From NCBI GenBank assembly GCA_951406725.2, contig OX597815.1, positions 188,294,001-188,358,000 on the forward strand: 64,000 nucleotides of DNA, in the 5' to 3' direction. Position 1 is the first letter of the stretch; each line of letters starts with the position of its first letter. The notes beneath the pieces were generated by a model. It saw only the letters and a list, made by a program, of their open reading frames with translations, made no database searches and was not told the DNA's origin. Source of the stretch: Octopus vulgaris. Its lineage: Eukaryota. Of the stretch, positions 1 to 12,152 are shown piece by piece. Both the position numbers and the translations under genes were made by a program.

Positions 1-348
1 AATACAAAAATAGACTACATCAATGCTCATGCCAAGTGGTACAACAAGAACTTCAGGGCATATCGGGAGAAAAGATTTCAATTGAGAAAGGAAATAACCA
101 TGGCACTATTATACCTCTAAACTTGAAAATGCAACCAAAAGTACTAGCTAAAATTGTTAGACATACCTGTAAATTTACATTTGTGCCCCAGTACAGAAGT
201 TGACTTTGCGTTTCATCTTTACAGGGATGATTAAATAAGTACCAGTTAAGCACTGGGGTCAATACATCCAACTTACCCCTTCTCAGAAATTGCTGGCCTT
301 GTGCCAAAATTTGAAACCATGATAATTATTATTATTATTATTATTATT

Positions 349-540
349 GAGTGAGAGAGCAGTGTATGCCATCAGAGTGACACTGGGGTAAAATATATGT
401 AATCCAGTATACCCATCATGACTACCCGTCTGATAAAGGTACACCAGGCACAAGCATCACAACCATATGTGCACGACATGGTGATCTCATATCAAGATAA
501 ACAGCACATGATCTTGCAGGTGGGGCCCAGTTAGAATTTT
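349..540 (-). mobile_element. 5'-truncated copy of an (AAT)n-embedded ~556-bp non-autonomous element
   Basis: Near-identical to 655-845; flanked by (ATT)n; keeps only the ...ctctctcactc(aat)n end. Confidence 0.8.
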
Positions 541-556
541 TTTATTATCATCATCA

Positions 557-597
<41 letters not shown>

Positions 598-654
598 GTT
601 ATTGTTATTATTATTATTATTATTACTATTATTATTATTATTATTATTATTATT

Positions 655-1208
655 GAGTGAGAGAGCAGTTCATGCCATCAAAGTGACTCTGGGGTAAAAT
701 ATACGAAGCCCAATATACCCATCATGACTACCCGTCTGATAAAGGTACACCAGGCACATGCATCACAACCATATGTGCGCGACATGGTGATCTCATATCA
801 AGATAAACAGCACATGACCTTGCAGGTGGGGCCCAGTTAAAATTTTCTTCAGGTTGAGTAGCCCATCCCGCTCAAACAGTCCCTGAATAAGGGCTGTTTA
901 AGGATGTTGAAAGAACCACCCATGTTTCCAGAGGTGAACTATTCAAACCCCAAAGAATCCCTCTCAACACATGGCTATGATGCTCCCCCACTACTTCTGC
1001 TCGTGATCAGAGATGCACATATCGTCAGCCACTAAGGGACATGCTCAACTGGTTAAGGTTAAACAACTGACAAGCAAATCTGTGGTATTGAGCAGAATAT
1101 TTGCTGTAGCCCATCTTTTATACCAAGACAAAACAATGTACATGATAACACTTCCAATCAGTTAAGATCAGAAGCCATGAGAGCCACTGCCTGGTACTGC
1201 ATCAGGGC

Positions 1209-1210
<2 letters not shown>
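655..1210 (-). mobile_element. Full-length ~556-bp element embedded in (AAT)n
   Basis: Same two ends as the copy at 56684-57240; (ATT)n on both sides; no ORF. Confidence 0.85.
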
Positions 1211-1272
<62 letters not shown>

Positions 1273-1276
1273 TTTA

Positions 1277-1320
<44 letters not shown>

Positions 1321-1322
<2 letters not shown>

Positions 1323-1540
1323 GGCAGTGAATTGGCAGAATAATTAGTGAGTTGGACAAAATGCTTAGCAGCATTTCTTCCAACTGTTTACATTCTGAGT
1401 TTGAATACTGCTAAGGTCATCTTTGCCTTTCATCTTTTTGAGGTCGATAAAATAAAGTATCCATCAAACTCTGAAGGTTGATATAATTGAATAACCTTCC
1501 CCCTAAAATTTCATGTCTTTCTGCTTATGTTAAAATCTAT
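1321..1540 (+). mobile_element. tRNA-derived SINE with Nin/Deu-like core, diverged
   Basis: Head aaggcagtgaattggcagaa; core gcctttcatctttttgaggtcgataaaataaagta. Confidence 0.75.
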
Positions 1541-1876
1541 TATTATTATTATTATTATTATTGATGATGATGATTTATATTCCTTACATTAATATTGCTC
1601 AAAACTGCTTTTAAGTCATCATAAAGATATGAATTATAGATCATAATCATTACTGGATATGATTAAAAGCCACTCATGATAACTGGAGAAGACAGAGAAG
1701 AAAGGAATCAATATTAAGAGGCAGTGATATTTGACTTCAGAAATACTAGAAATTTGAAAATCATTTGGCATTCATTCAAGTTCCTAGTTTTAGCAACAAC
1801 ATTTTAAGGTTGTTGAGGGAAGGGGTTATTTTATTTTTTCTGTTGCCTTTTTTGTTTCTGTCTTAATAATAGAAAC

Positions 1877-2225
1877 CATTACCGCTGTTGCCTTGCCGAG
1901 CTATGCCAGATCAACACCGAAACATGGGAATCCGCTGCTGCCGACAGAAGCGCCTGGTGACACAGTGTCAAGCACGGTGCCATGACAGCAGAGAACCTGA
2001 GGACCACTACTGCCAAACTAAAGAGAACCAGATGAAAGGAGCAGCAGCAGCAGCAACCACAGCTCTCATCCCCTTTCACTTGCACCAGATGTGGTAGAGA
2101 CTGCCACCTGATGATTGGTCTGCACAGCCACACCAGGAAGTGCAGATAACCCACCACCTGTTCCGAGCTACACCATTGTCTCTTGAGACGGATGGATGCC
2201 GTAGTAGTAGTAGTAGTAGTAGTAG
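1877..2225 (+). mobile_element. RTE-clade LINE 3' fragment
   Basis: Translates TWESAAADRSAW*...FTCTRCGRDCHLMIGLHSHTRKCR* (RTE C-terminal zinc finger); (GTA)n tail; TSD taataatagaaac at 1864-1876 and 2226-2238. Confidence 0.85.
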
Positions 2226-2243
2226 TAATAATAGAAACTTTTT

Positions 2244-2476
2244 AAGGCGGCGAGCTGGCAGAAACGTTAGCAAGCCGGGCAAAATGCTTTGTAGTATTTC
2301 GTCCGTCGCTGCGTTCTGATTTCAAATTCCGCCAAGGTCGATTTTGCCTTTCATCCTTTCGGGGTCGATAAATTAAGTACCAGTTACGCATTGGGGTCAA
2401 TGTAATCGACTTAATCCCTTTGTCTGTCCTTGTTTGTCCCCTCTATGTTTAGCCCCTTGTGGGTGGTAAAGAAATA
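2244..2476 (+). mobile_element. tRNA-derived SINE with Nin/Deu-like core, full length
   Basis: Head aaggcggcgagctggcagaa; core gcctttcatcctttcggggtcgataaattaagtacc; 16-bp TSD agtaataatagaaact at 2224-2239 and 2477-2492. Confidence 0.9.
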
Positions 2477-5357
2477 AGTAATAATAGAAACTATCTTGTT
2501 CAATTTTTAATAAACTGCCCGAGTGTTTAATAAACTTTAATGAGTTATAAGTCTCCAGTTTTAAAGTTTTAAATGGAATAAGTTTCAATTAATTCAAACA
2601 TTATTTATTTTAGATTCAATAAATGAAATAAGACAAATTACTCAAAAAATTTATATCGACCAAAATAGAAGAAACTCCTGGACAAAAAGTAAAAATTACT
2701 TGTTTTTGAGTTCCAACTTTTTTATGTTAGATATTGGTGAAGATAACTTTTATTCTGATGAAGAAAGATATATTTGAAAGAATATGAGTGCCTACATTTT
2801 AGATTTGTTCAATCAATATCCTTGACACAGATGGGACAAATTTGATGGCTACAATATCTTGATCAAAACCAAATAAATCTGCCGGATATTAGTTTGAAAA
2901 CCAGAATCTCGTTTTATGGCAAAGTGAACTGGCAAAATGCCTGGAAAGAAAATAGGTCCAACCTAACTGTTCATGCTCTCGTGCAGATCAACCGATAGAA
3001 TTGGATAAATATAAAAGAAAGAAAAAGATGATTGGTTGATGCTGTGGCATTTCATAAACTTGTCCTTCATTTTTTACTCCTGGAACAATACCAATTTGTT
3101 CAAAAGCTGCTGATTCTTATAAATAAGAATTTTCTATAAAGTTGAAGGTATGTATCATTACTAACATAAATCAGCATTACAATTTTAATTCTTCATGCAG
3201 TAGAAAGGCCAAAGGTTAAATTTTATGCATGAAGTTCTGTATTTATAGATGGAATGTAAGACATTTCTTTTTTTATGTATATCATTATTTCATACAAATT
3301 CTTCCAACACATATATACATATAAAACATATATAAAAAAAAACCGTTATCTCTAACAGTAATATGTTAGATGCTTCTTCGTTGGCACCCTTATTATGCTA
3401 GAGATGTAAGGTTTTAGTTATGGATAGAATAGAATTTTGGGTATAATTCAGCACTCTATACAAATTTGCTGCTACTATTGGAGAAATTTTATTACTGATT
3501 TTCTTTTATGTCACAAAGGAAAACAGAAGCTTATGGCACTTATGCAACGAATTTGAAGAGGGAGACGAGCAACGAAGCTCATTCAATAAATGTAGTTGTT
3601 AATACTGAGAAAAACATAGGCATGCAGCTTTTTGCATAGCAGGTTTTCAATATTAAATAGGTGTGTTGTAATTGAATGAAGGTTTATAGCTACAGATCTT
3701 GTACTCCAAATATGCTCTAAGTGTTATTTCATTGCCGTACACAAAACAATTTACTTAATTTGCTTCACTTAACTAGATGGGAAATATGAGAAATAATTAT
3801 ACTCCCGGACAGAGCTGTTGTTCCAATGATCTATTTTATGAAATGTGAATACTACCTAAGATATTTATGATGGCTACGTTTCTTTATGATGTCTTGAGAA
3901 TTTTGTAGATATATTTACAAAAGAACAATAAAACATACCAAAGTGAGATGCTTTATGCTTTCACATGAAACTGAATCAAACTCAAAATGGATAAGAGGCA
4001 AGTTAGGTATGTTATCTTTCTCAAATAAATATTTCACCAATTCAAATACAGCAGCAGCTTGCTTTGCTAAATGAAATATAAAGTTGCTGCAGTGAAATGC
4101 AAGTTTTTACATACAAATAATTACCAGATTTATTAAATTTTTGTATAATCTTGAAAAATACAACTCACTGAAGAGGAAATTATCAAATTAAATTGCCTAT
4201 AAGAAGACATAATTACCTCCATCTGGTACCATACTAGCAACTAAAAGATAGGTTGGGAGTGGTTGTGTGACTGTTTCTCTCTATATTGTTTGAGGAACTA
4301 GAGAAGAGATGGAGATAGGAGCAAGTATAGGTATAAGGTTTAGGTTGGCTTCAAAAAGAAAATAAATAGAAAAGTGTTATTAAAGCTTAAAGATAACAAA
4401 CAGAAATAACAATTTCTAAATTTAAAACGTGTATTCATCACTCTATCTTTGTCTGACGGTCTCTACTGTGTCTATCTTTCTCTTCCTTTCTTTCTGCACT
4501 GTAGGTACTGACAGCAAGCAATACTGCAGACACTAAGTAATTTTCTAGTATATATCAGTAACGAAATACATGCATACCAATGAAAACAAATATTTTTTAA
4601 TAATATATAAGCCAAATCATGCATATTCATGAGCAAATCTATAATTTATACATTTTTTTAATAAAATGTTATATGTACAGAGAAAACAAAAATATAATCA
4701 AAAGAACACCAACTGAAGCAAAATAAGAGTTAATTTATAAGCAATTTATAAATCAACAACTTTTCTTCTGATGAGAAACGAAAAATAAAAAGGAAATAAT
4801 ATTGAAAATAAAAAACAAAAAAAATTATGAACAGCTTCTTTAGATTTAAGCAAAAGGGCATTAGTTGTAAATATTTTGTTAACATTTAAAATGAGATGGT
4901 TGTAACAACAGGAGTGGTGTTAAAACTGCATATATTATGCAGGCTTGCTTACATACATACATGCATGCATACGTATGATTAGTGCTATAAAAATTTGCTC
5001 AGAGTTCTTGGTAGTTGTTACAGTTGTTATGAAGTAGGTTTGATGGATAATATGGTGAAATATCTGACAAGGATTGGAGCTAATGTTTAGTAATTGATAG
5101 CCATTAAAGAGGAGAATTGAAATGTAAGATGGTAATGATATCAAATGGGATGAGTGAGAATATGGCTACAGATAGTGTTTGAGTAAAACTGGTTGAGATC
5201 AAATTCTGAAATGAATTCGTTAGAGATGTATTGATAATGAGTACACACACACACACAATAATACATAATGAGTATACATATATATATATATACATACAAA
5301 TACATACATACGTACATACATACATATATATATGTATGTAATATATATATTATATAT

Positions 5358-5399
<42 letters not shown>

Positions 5400-5431
5400 A
5401 AAGCGGATGCTAAATGTTGATGATGATGATG

Positions 5432-5520
<89 letters not shown>

Positions 5521-5686
5521 CTTTATTTAAAAGCAGCAGAAATATAACAAATGCTGTTACTCAGAGTTTCACGTTCCCTTGCGTTGGACAGTTTTGTTTT
5601 TGCTTTTAAATAAAGCATATTACTCTACCTCTGGTATTTGAGTACTCTTTTTTCCACCTTGTTTCACATTTATATGCTTAATCCGG
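5521..5686. mobile_element. PLE-like end with inverted segment and degenerate HHR on the minus strand
   Basis: 5521-5596 is the reverse complement of part of 44915-44992; 5601-5686 matches 44978-45063; flanked by (TA)n. Confidence 0.7.
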
Positions 5687-5748
<62 letters not shown>

Positions 5749-5763
5749 AGTGTGTATATATAC

Positions 5764-5808
<45 letters not shown>

Positions 5809-5899
5809 CACATACATATACATAGATTACATACATACATATATTTATATATATATATGCATCATCATTTAATGTCCATTGCCACTACTGGCATGGATA

Positions 5900-6505
5900 T
5901 ACCCAGGAAGACATGGGAAGAGGTGGTGAAGCATGACCTTCAAATGTTGGGCCTCACAGAGGCAATGACGAAAGACCGAAACCTCTGGAGATATGCTGTA
6001 ACTGCGAAGACCCGGCAAGTGAAATGAGTTCATAACCGTAACCTACATCAGTGTCACATAACCAGCTGCAGCCCATTCAAAAGTACCTTGGATTGTAGGG
6101 CGACATGCTGTGCTTGAGGAGACCTATAGTATCAAGTACATCAACATCAAAATCAAAATCAAATGGAAATTGCAGTTGTGATCCCTGTGCCAGTGACATG
6201 TAAAAAGCACCATCCGAACGTGGCCAATGCCAGCGCTGCCTTGACTAGCTTCCGCACTGGTGGCATGTGAAAAGCACCAGCCAATCGTGGTCATTGCCAG
6301 CTTCCTCTGGCCCTTGTGCTGGTGGCATGTGAAAAGCACCTACTACACTCTCAGAGTGGTTGGTGTTAGGAAGGGCATCCAGCTGTAGAAACACTGCCAC
6401 ATCAGATTGGAGCCTGGTGCAGCCTCCTGGCTTCCCAGACTCCGGTCAAACCGTCCAACCCATACTAGCATGGAAAACCGACGTTAAACGATGATGATGA
6501 TGATC
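5900..6505 (+). mobile_element. RTE LINE 3' end with long 3' UTR ending ccatgctagcatgg...(GAT)n
   Basis: PRKTWEEVVKHDLQMLGLTEAMTKDRNLWRYAV, then a UTR with gtggcacgtaaaaagcacc repeats found many times in the window. Confidence 0.85.
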
Positions 6506-6526
6506 ATCATATATATATATCACATA

Positions 6527-6615
6527 GGCGCGTGGCTTAGTGGTTAGAGTATTCGGCTCACGATCGTAAGGTCGTGAGTTCAATTCCCGGCGACGCATTG
6601 TGTCCTTAAGCAAAG
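6527..6615 (+). mobile_element. tRNA-like SINE head fragment
   Basis: A box tggcttagtgg, B box gttcaattc, followed by gtgtccttaagcaa. Confidence 0.7.
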
Positions 6616-6624
6616 AACTTTTTT

Positions 6625-7030
6625 AGGTGCTGGAGTGGCTGTGTGGTAAGTAGCTTGTTTACCAACCACATGGTTCCGGGTTCAGTCCCACTGCGTGGCA
6701 TCTTGGGCAAGTGTCTTCTGCTATAGCCTTGGGCCGACCAAAGCCTTGTGAGTGGATTTGGTAGACGGAAACTGAAAGAAGCCTGTCGTATATATGTATA
6801 TATATATGTGTGTGTATATGTTTGTGTGTCTGTGTTTGTCCCCCTAGCATTGCTTGACAACCGATGCTGGTGTGTTGACGTCCCCGTCACTTAGCGGTTC
6901 AGCAAAAAGAGACCGATAGAATAAGTACTAGGCTTACAAAGAATAAGTCCCGGGGTCGAGTTGCTCGATTAAAAGGCGGTGCTCCAGCATGGCCGCAGTC
7001 AAATGACTGAAACAAGTAAAAGAGAAAAGA
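6625..7030 (+). mobile_element. Major octopus-type tRNA-derived SINE with internal (TA)/(TG) tract
   Basis: Head ggagtggctgtgtggtaag...ggttcagtccc; tail gcagtcaaatgactgaaacaagtaaaagag; about 20 copies or fragments in the window. Confidence 0.9.
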
Positions 7031-7445
7031 GAAAGAGATACTGTATGTATGTACATAAACATGACTACACACATTGACACATACATAAAGAGAAACAGAG
7101 AGAGGGAATGAGATAGCAGTTGTTTGGTAATAAAACAGAAAGAAATATTCATAACAGCTGTAAACATTCACTCATCTCCTTGTTTTTTAACTGTTATTCA
7201 TCTTCTGTTCCAATTTTTTCCCCTAAACCTATTTCTTCTCAGCTAATTCTTTTGTTATTATTTTTCATCAGTTGGAAGGCAGTGAAGTGACAGAGAAGGC
7301 AGAATTCTAACCAAAATTCTTATAACATTTAGTTACACTCCTTTACTTTCCTGAATTTAAATCAAAAGGATTTGATTTCATTGTTTGTAGAAATAACCAC
7401 GAAAATGTCAATTTAATCCACAGCAACCTTTCCACATGGGTTTAA

Positions 7446-8289
7446 CCCTTTAATGGATCAATTATTTTGACATGGTGTTTCATTTCAGAGCATATTTTTT
7501 TATTCCCCTTTTTAATTATATACACTGTGTTAATTACAAAAAAAAAAGTTTTTTTTATCTTGTTTCCTTTATTTTTTATTATAGAAATTAAAATGTACTT
7601 TTACTCATTTGGATTTAAACAATATACTCGGACATTGAAAAAATGCATATAACTTAACTATCTTCGATTTTTTATAAGATGTATTGCTTTTAAATCAAAA
7701 GAAAAGTTTTTTAAAATGAGATACTTTATTTAGAATGATAATTTTTAAAACAAGGAGTTACACACAAAGTTATCTTGCAGACATCACACATGTATCTGCT
7801 TTCTCTTCGAATCTTCTTTACTTTAGCATCTCTCTTTTCTGTGCATTTTGCACACTGTCTTGTAGGGTTCTTTTTCTTATCACTTGGTGGTATTTCCATG
7901 GGAAAGTGACCAGCTGGAGCAAATCTTCTTGGATGTGGGATCGATGATGGTCTTCCTGGTTTCCTTGGAGGTAAAGGGCCTATGTTTTTCAATAATCTTG
8001 GTGATTATTTGCATTCTAAATTTCAGCGGTTTCATAGCAGAAGCTGAAGTTTCCAAAGATGCTTTATACAAAACATAAGCATTCCAGATCGCCAAATCCA
8101 TCAAATGAAAAAATACTTATTTTTTTTTAAAACAACACGAGTAAATTCGTGATTGCTCTAAAATAATACGACACAAAACAAATAAACTCGTTGGAGTGCT
8201 AAAATTAAAAGTTTCTTTTGACCAAGTATACTCGTCTGGTTCTAAAAAGATACATTTGCAATGTAAACTCGGGATAATCCATTAAGGGG
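7446..8289 (-). mobile_element. Internally deleted piggyBac transposon (844 bp)
   Basis: TTAA at 7442-7445 and 8290-8293; 13-bp TIRs ccctttaatggat / atccattaagggg. Confidence 0.92.
7726..8110 (-). pseudogene. piggyBac transposase C-terminus (cysteine-rich domain), frameshifted
   Basis: LMDLAIWNAYVLYK...FRMQII, then frameshift to HFP...RQCAKC...ESRYMCDVCKITLCVTPCFKNYH. Confidence 0.88.
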
Positions 8290-8349
8290 TTAAAATAACT
8301 AGTCTTGGGCCAATTAAAAAACACGATAAAAAAAGTAATAACAGAGGTT

Positions 8350-8510
8350 CAGGCATGGCTATGGGGTAAGAAGTTTGCTTCCTAACTGTATAGTTTCAGG
8401 TTCTGTCTCACTGCATGGTACCTTGAGCAAGTGGCTTCTACTATAGCTTTAGGCAGACTAAAGCCAAGGGAGTGGGTTTGGTAAATGGAAACTGAAAGAA
8501 TACCACTGTA
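8350..8510 (+). mobile_element. Major SINE, 5' half
   Basis: Similar to 6625-6790; ends in (TA)n. Confidence 0.8.
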
Positions 8511-8518
8511 TATATATA

Positions 8519-8772
8519 TTAGAAGAAATGAGGTACTCAGAAATCTGGATGGTTTTATATTTACAGATATTTATTTGTATGTTACATGTTTTTATAAATC
8601 ATATATCATATATTAGCACTTTCATCCACTCTAGTGGAGTTTTCAAATTGTAAACTCTACTTGAGTGGACGAAAGCGCTATATGACATATGGTTTATAAA
8701 AACATGTAACATACAAATAAATATCTGTAAATATAAAACCATCAAGATTTCTGAGTACCTCATTTCTACTAA
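8519..8772. repeat. ~254-bp near-perfect palindrome carrying the 3' half of an HHR
   Basis: Arms ttagaagaaatgaggtactcag / ctgagtacctcatttctactaa; GAAA-GCGC-TA at 8671-8680; (TA)n flanks. Confidence 0.9.
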
Positions 8773-8804
8773 TATATAATACCTTCTAATATATATATAT
8801 TGTT

Positions 8805-9165
8805 ATTTCTTTCAGTCATTTATTTCAGCCTTTAGTCTAATAAATTGACCACAGGACTTTATTATTTGGAAGCCTAGTACTTATTCTATTGGACTCCTTT
8901 GCCAAACTGCTAAGTTATGGAAATGTGGACACGCCAATATCAGTTGTCAAGCAATGGCAGGGGTGACAAGCACAGACACAAACACAAACACACACATACA
9001 CACACACATGGCGGGTTTCTTTCAGTTTTCGTCTACCAAATCTACTCACAAGGCTTTGGTGAAAACCAAGGCTATAGTAAAAGATACTTGCCAAAGGTGC
9101 CATGCAGTGGGACTGAACCTGGAATCATGTAGCTGGTAAGCAAGCTACTTACTGCACAGTCACTG
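8805..9165 (-). mobile_element. Major SINE
   Basis: Reverse complement of the 6625-7030 family. Confidence 0.85.
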
Positions 9166-9184
9166 ATATATATATATTTATATA

Positions 9185-9440
9185 TCATCATCATTATCGT
9201 TTAACGTCTGTTTTCCATGCTTGCATGGGTTGGACAGGTTCCAATCTGATCTGGCAAAGTTTCTACAGCTGGGTGCCCTTCCTAATACCAACCATTCCGA
9301 GAGTGTAATGGGTTCTCTTTATGTGCCACTGGCACAGGACCCAATCAGGCGGCACTAGCATCAGCTATGTTTGGATGGTGCTTTTTTACATGCCACTGGT
9401 ATGGGGAGCCAGTCAGGAGGCACTGGCAACAACCTATGCA
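9185..9440 (-). mobile_element. RTE 3' UTR-derived fragment
   Basis: tttaacgtctgttttccatgc end, shared with the 5900-6505 family. Confidence 0.8.
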
Positions 9441-10000
9441 TGAATAGTGCTTCTTATATATATATATATACACACACACACGTATATATATATATATGTG
9501 TGTGTGTGTATGCATGTGTGTGTATAGATATATATATGTATGTATGTATGTATGTATGCACATATATATATCTGGGTGTGTGTGCATCTGTCTTTGTGTG
9601 TGTCTTTGTGTCTGTGTTTATCCCCACCACTGCTTGACAACCAGTGTTGGTGTGTTTACATCCTATAACTTAGCAGTTTAGCAATAGAAACCAATAGAGT
9701 AATTACCACGTTGCAAAGAAAAAAAAAAACAAATAAGAACTTGTGTTGACTAAAAATTGACTATAAATTTGACTAAAAATTCCTCATGGTGGTGCCCCAG
9801 CATGGCCGTAGTCAAACGACTGAGACAAGTAAAATGCTTAATTCATTTCAACCTTCATTAGTCACTTTTGAATTTATTTAGTTTTTGTTTCAATTCAATA
9901 AATATTATTTCTTGTTACATTCCGAATGCTTGCACATAATTACTAATTGACAAAATTTTCCAAGTGGAAATATTGCTGTTTGGAAATTTGCTTCTTAACG

Positions 10001-10595
10001 ACCTCCTCCTCCTCCTCCACCTCCTCCTCCTCCTCCTCCACCTCCTCCTCCTCCTCCTCCTCCTCCTCCTCCTCTTACTACTGCTGCTGCTGTTCCTACC
10101 ACCACCACCACCACTGCTACTACTACTACTTATCCATCTCCCCCATTTCCTCCTCTTCCTCCCTTCCTCCTCCCCATCTCCTTTTCTCTGTCCTCCTCCA
10201 TCTCTTCTTCTATGTCCTCCTCCTCCTCCTCCCCCAACTCTTCTTCCATCTCCCTCCTCCTCCCATCCCCTTCCTCCTCTCTCCTTTCTTCTCCTTCCTT
10301 CCCCTCCTTCCCCTCCTTCCTCGCCCCCTCCCTTCCTTATACTCCTCCTCCTCCAACTTTTTTTCATCTTCCTCCACCTCCTCCTCCTCCAACTCATCTT
10401 TTTCGTTCTCCTCCACCTCCCCTCCTCCTCTTCCTCTCCAACTCTTCTTCACTTCTCCTCTAACTCATCTTTTTCCTCCCCTCCTCCCCACCTTCCCTCC
10501 TCCTCCTTTCTACCACTCCTCCTCCTTCCCATCACCCTCCTCCTCCTTCCCACCCTCCTCCTCTTCTCCCTTCTCCTCTCTTCATCCACCCTCCT
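10001..10595. repeat. (CCT)n / pyrimidine-rich low-complexity tract
   Basis: Read directly; explains the S/P/L-rich and R/G/E-rich ORFs. Confidence 0.95.
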
Positions 10596-10873
10596 ATTTG
10601 CACATAGTTGGATGCAGTTGGGGGTCCAACTTGAATCTTTGTGGGTGTTACATGAAAGGTTTAGGAATTGGTTGTACTGAGCCTTTTGTATAAATATATT
10701 ACATACTTTCATACATACATACATACATACATACATACATACATACTAAAGTGTACTTACCAAAATCAAAAACAGTAACTTTTTTAAATTTCAAACAAAC
10801 ACCATTTCCTCATATTACTTCATATTTTTAAAAAAAACTACCATTCAATGAATTATACAAACTACACATTTTA

Positions 10874-10965
10874 TATCTCTGAGGAGCAGAAGTATTGTCT
10901 ATAAATGTTTATCAATACAGGATTCCATTATAGAGACAATACTTTTGCGAAACGATCATAAGATA
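10874..10965 (+). ncRNA. Type I hammerhead ribozyme motif with long stem II
   Basis: tatct-CTGAGGA-gcagaagtattgtct...agacaatacttttgc-GAAA-cgatca-TA-agata. Confidence 0.8.
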
Positions 10966-11176
10966 CTTTAAAAACTTAATTTTAAACTATCAAATTTTAA
11001 ACTGTCATATTTATTATTATTATATATTTATACTTATACATATTTACATATATTTTTATATATATTTATATATTAATACAATAATTATTCTACACATGTT
11101 TATATATTTCTGAAGAATTTTACTGATATTAATTTCCTGATATTATTTCACAATATATTATATACTGTACATACAT

Positions 11177-11387
11177 ATACCTATGCAGAACTACTGAGAA
11201 ATCTGCAATCACTCTATCCAGATTACAAGTTCAGGTTTATACCCATAATTTTTGGGGCCCTGGGATACGTAACCCACTGTCTAATCTTTAGAAATTAGGC
11301 TTCTCAAAACCAGAAGGGAGAAAGCTAATACGAAGACTACAAATCCAGTCCATAACTGGAAATGTAAAATATCTGTAAAACTTTCTG
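11177..11387 (+). mobile_element. R4-type (RLE) retrotransposon C-terminal fragment
   Basis: TYAELLRNLQSLYPDYKFRFIPIIFGALGYV; similar to 28783-28996. Confidence 0.8.
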
Positions 11388-11502
11388 TCTGTCTGTCTAT
11401 GTATATATCTAGCAATCTATCTGCCTGTCTATATGTCTCTGTGTCTATATATCTGTCTGTCTATCTATCTATCTGTGTTGTGTCTGTTTGTCTCTCCACC
11501 TT

Positions 11503-11593
<91 letters not shown>

Positions 11594-11850
11594 GTCTATC
11601 AGTCTGTGCGTCTGTCTATATGCATGCATGTATGTATGTATGTATATATGTATGTATGTATGTACGTACGTATGTATGTATGTATGTATGTATGTATGTA
11701 TGTATGTATGTATGTATGTATGTATGTATGTATGTATGTATGTATGTATGTATTGTACGTATGTATGTATGTGTGTTTGTATGTATGTACGTACGTACGT
11801 ACGTATGTATGTATGTATGTATGTATGTATGTATGTATGTATTTATATAT
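11388..11850. repeat. Compound (CTAT)n/(ATGT)n microsatellite
   Basis: Read directly. Confidence 0.95.
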
Positions 11851-12152
11851 GTAAGGTTGCATCAGAGTCTTTACAGAGCAGTCCAATGTTCTAGTGAGCA
11901 ATACATTTCATATATTTATATTTGGGCCTGATTCCTTTGAAATAGTCCCCTTGAGGATATAAATAATGAAAATAGTTTGTCTTTTGTATTTCAGAAACAT
12001 CATGCTGGTCTTCTTACTGAATGTTGTTCAATATCACCTGTGATTCCTTTTGATTTTTACTTAACATTTTGGAATGGTGCCACATAAGCTGCAATTTCAT
12101 TGTGGAAAACATAGCAAAATGCAGGCTACACTTTGAGATACTACTGATTCTG

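Noticed and set aside
970-1035. CTGA(C/T)GA plus hairpin on the minus strand of the 556-bp element
   Set aside because: No GAAA after the hairpin in either full copy
2614-2777. Possible terminal exon after a tttattttag acceptor
   Set aside because: No recognisable protein and no upstream exon in view
4764-4792. CTGATGA-gaaac-GAAA
   Set aside because: 1-bp stem II and mismatched stem I; likely chance
6527-6600. Functional tRNA gene (also 31843 and 58745)
   Set aside because: No acceptor stem; the sequence continues into a SINE body
9915-10736. Long ORFs up to 248 aa
   Set aside because: Products of a (CCT)n low-complexity tract, open in several frames on both strands
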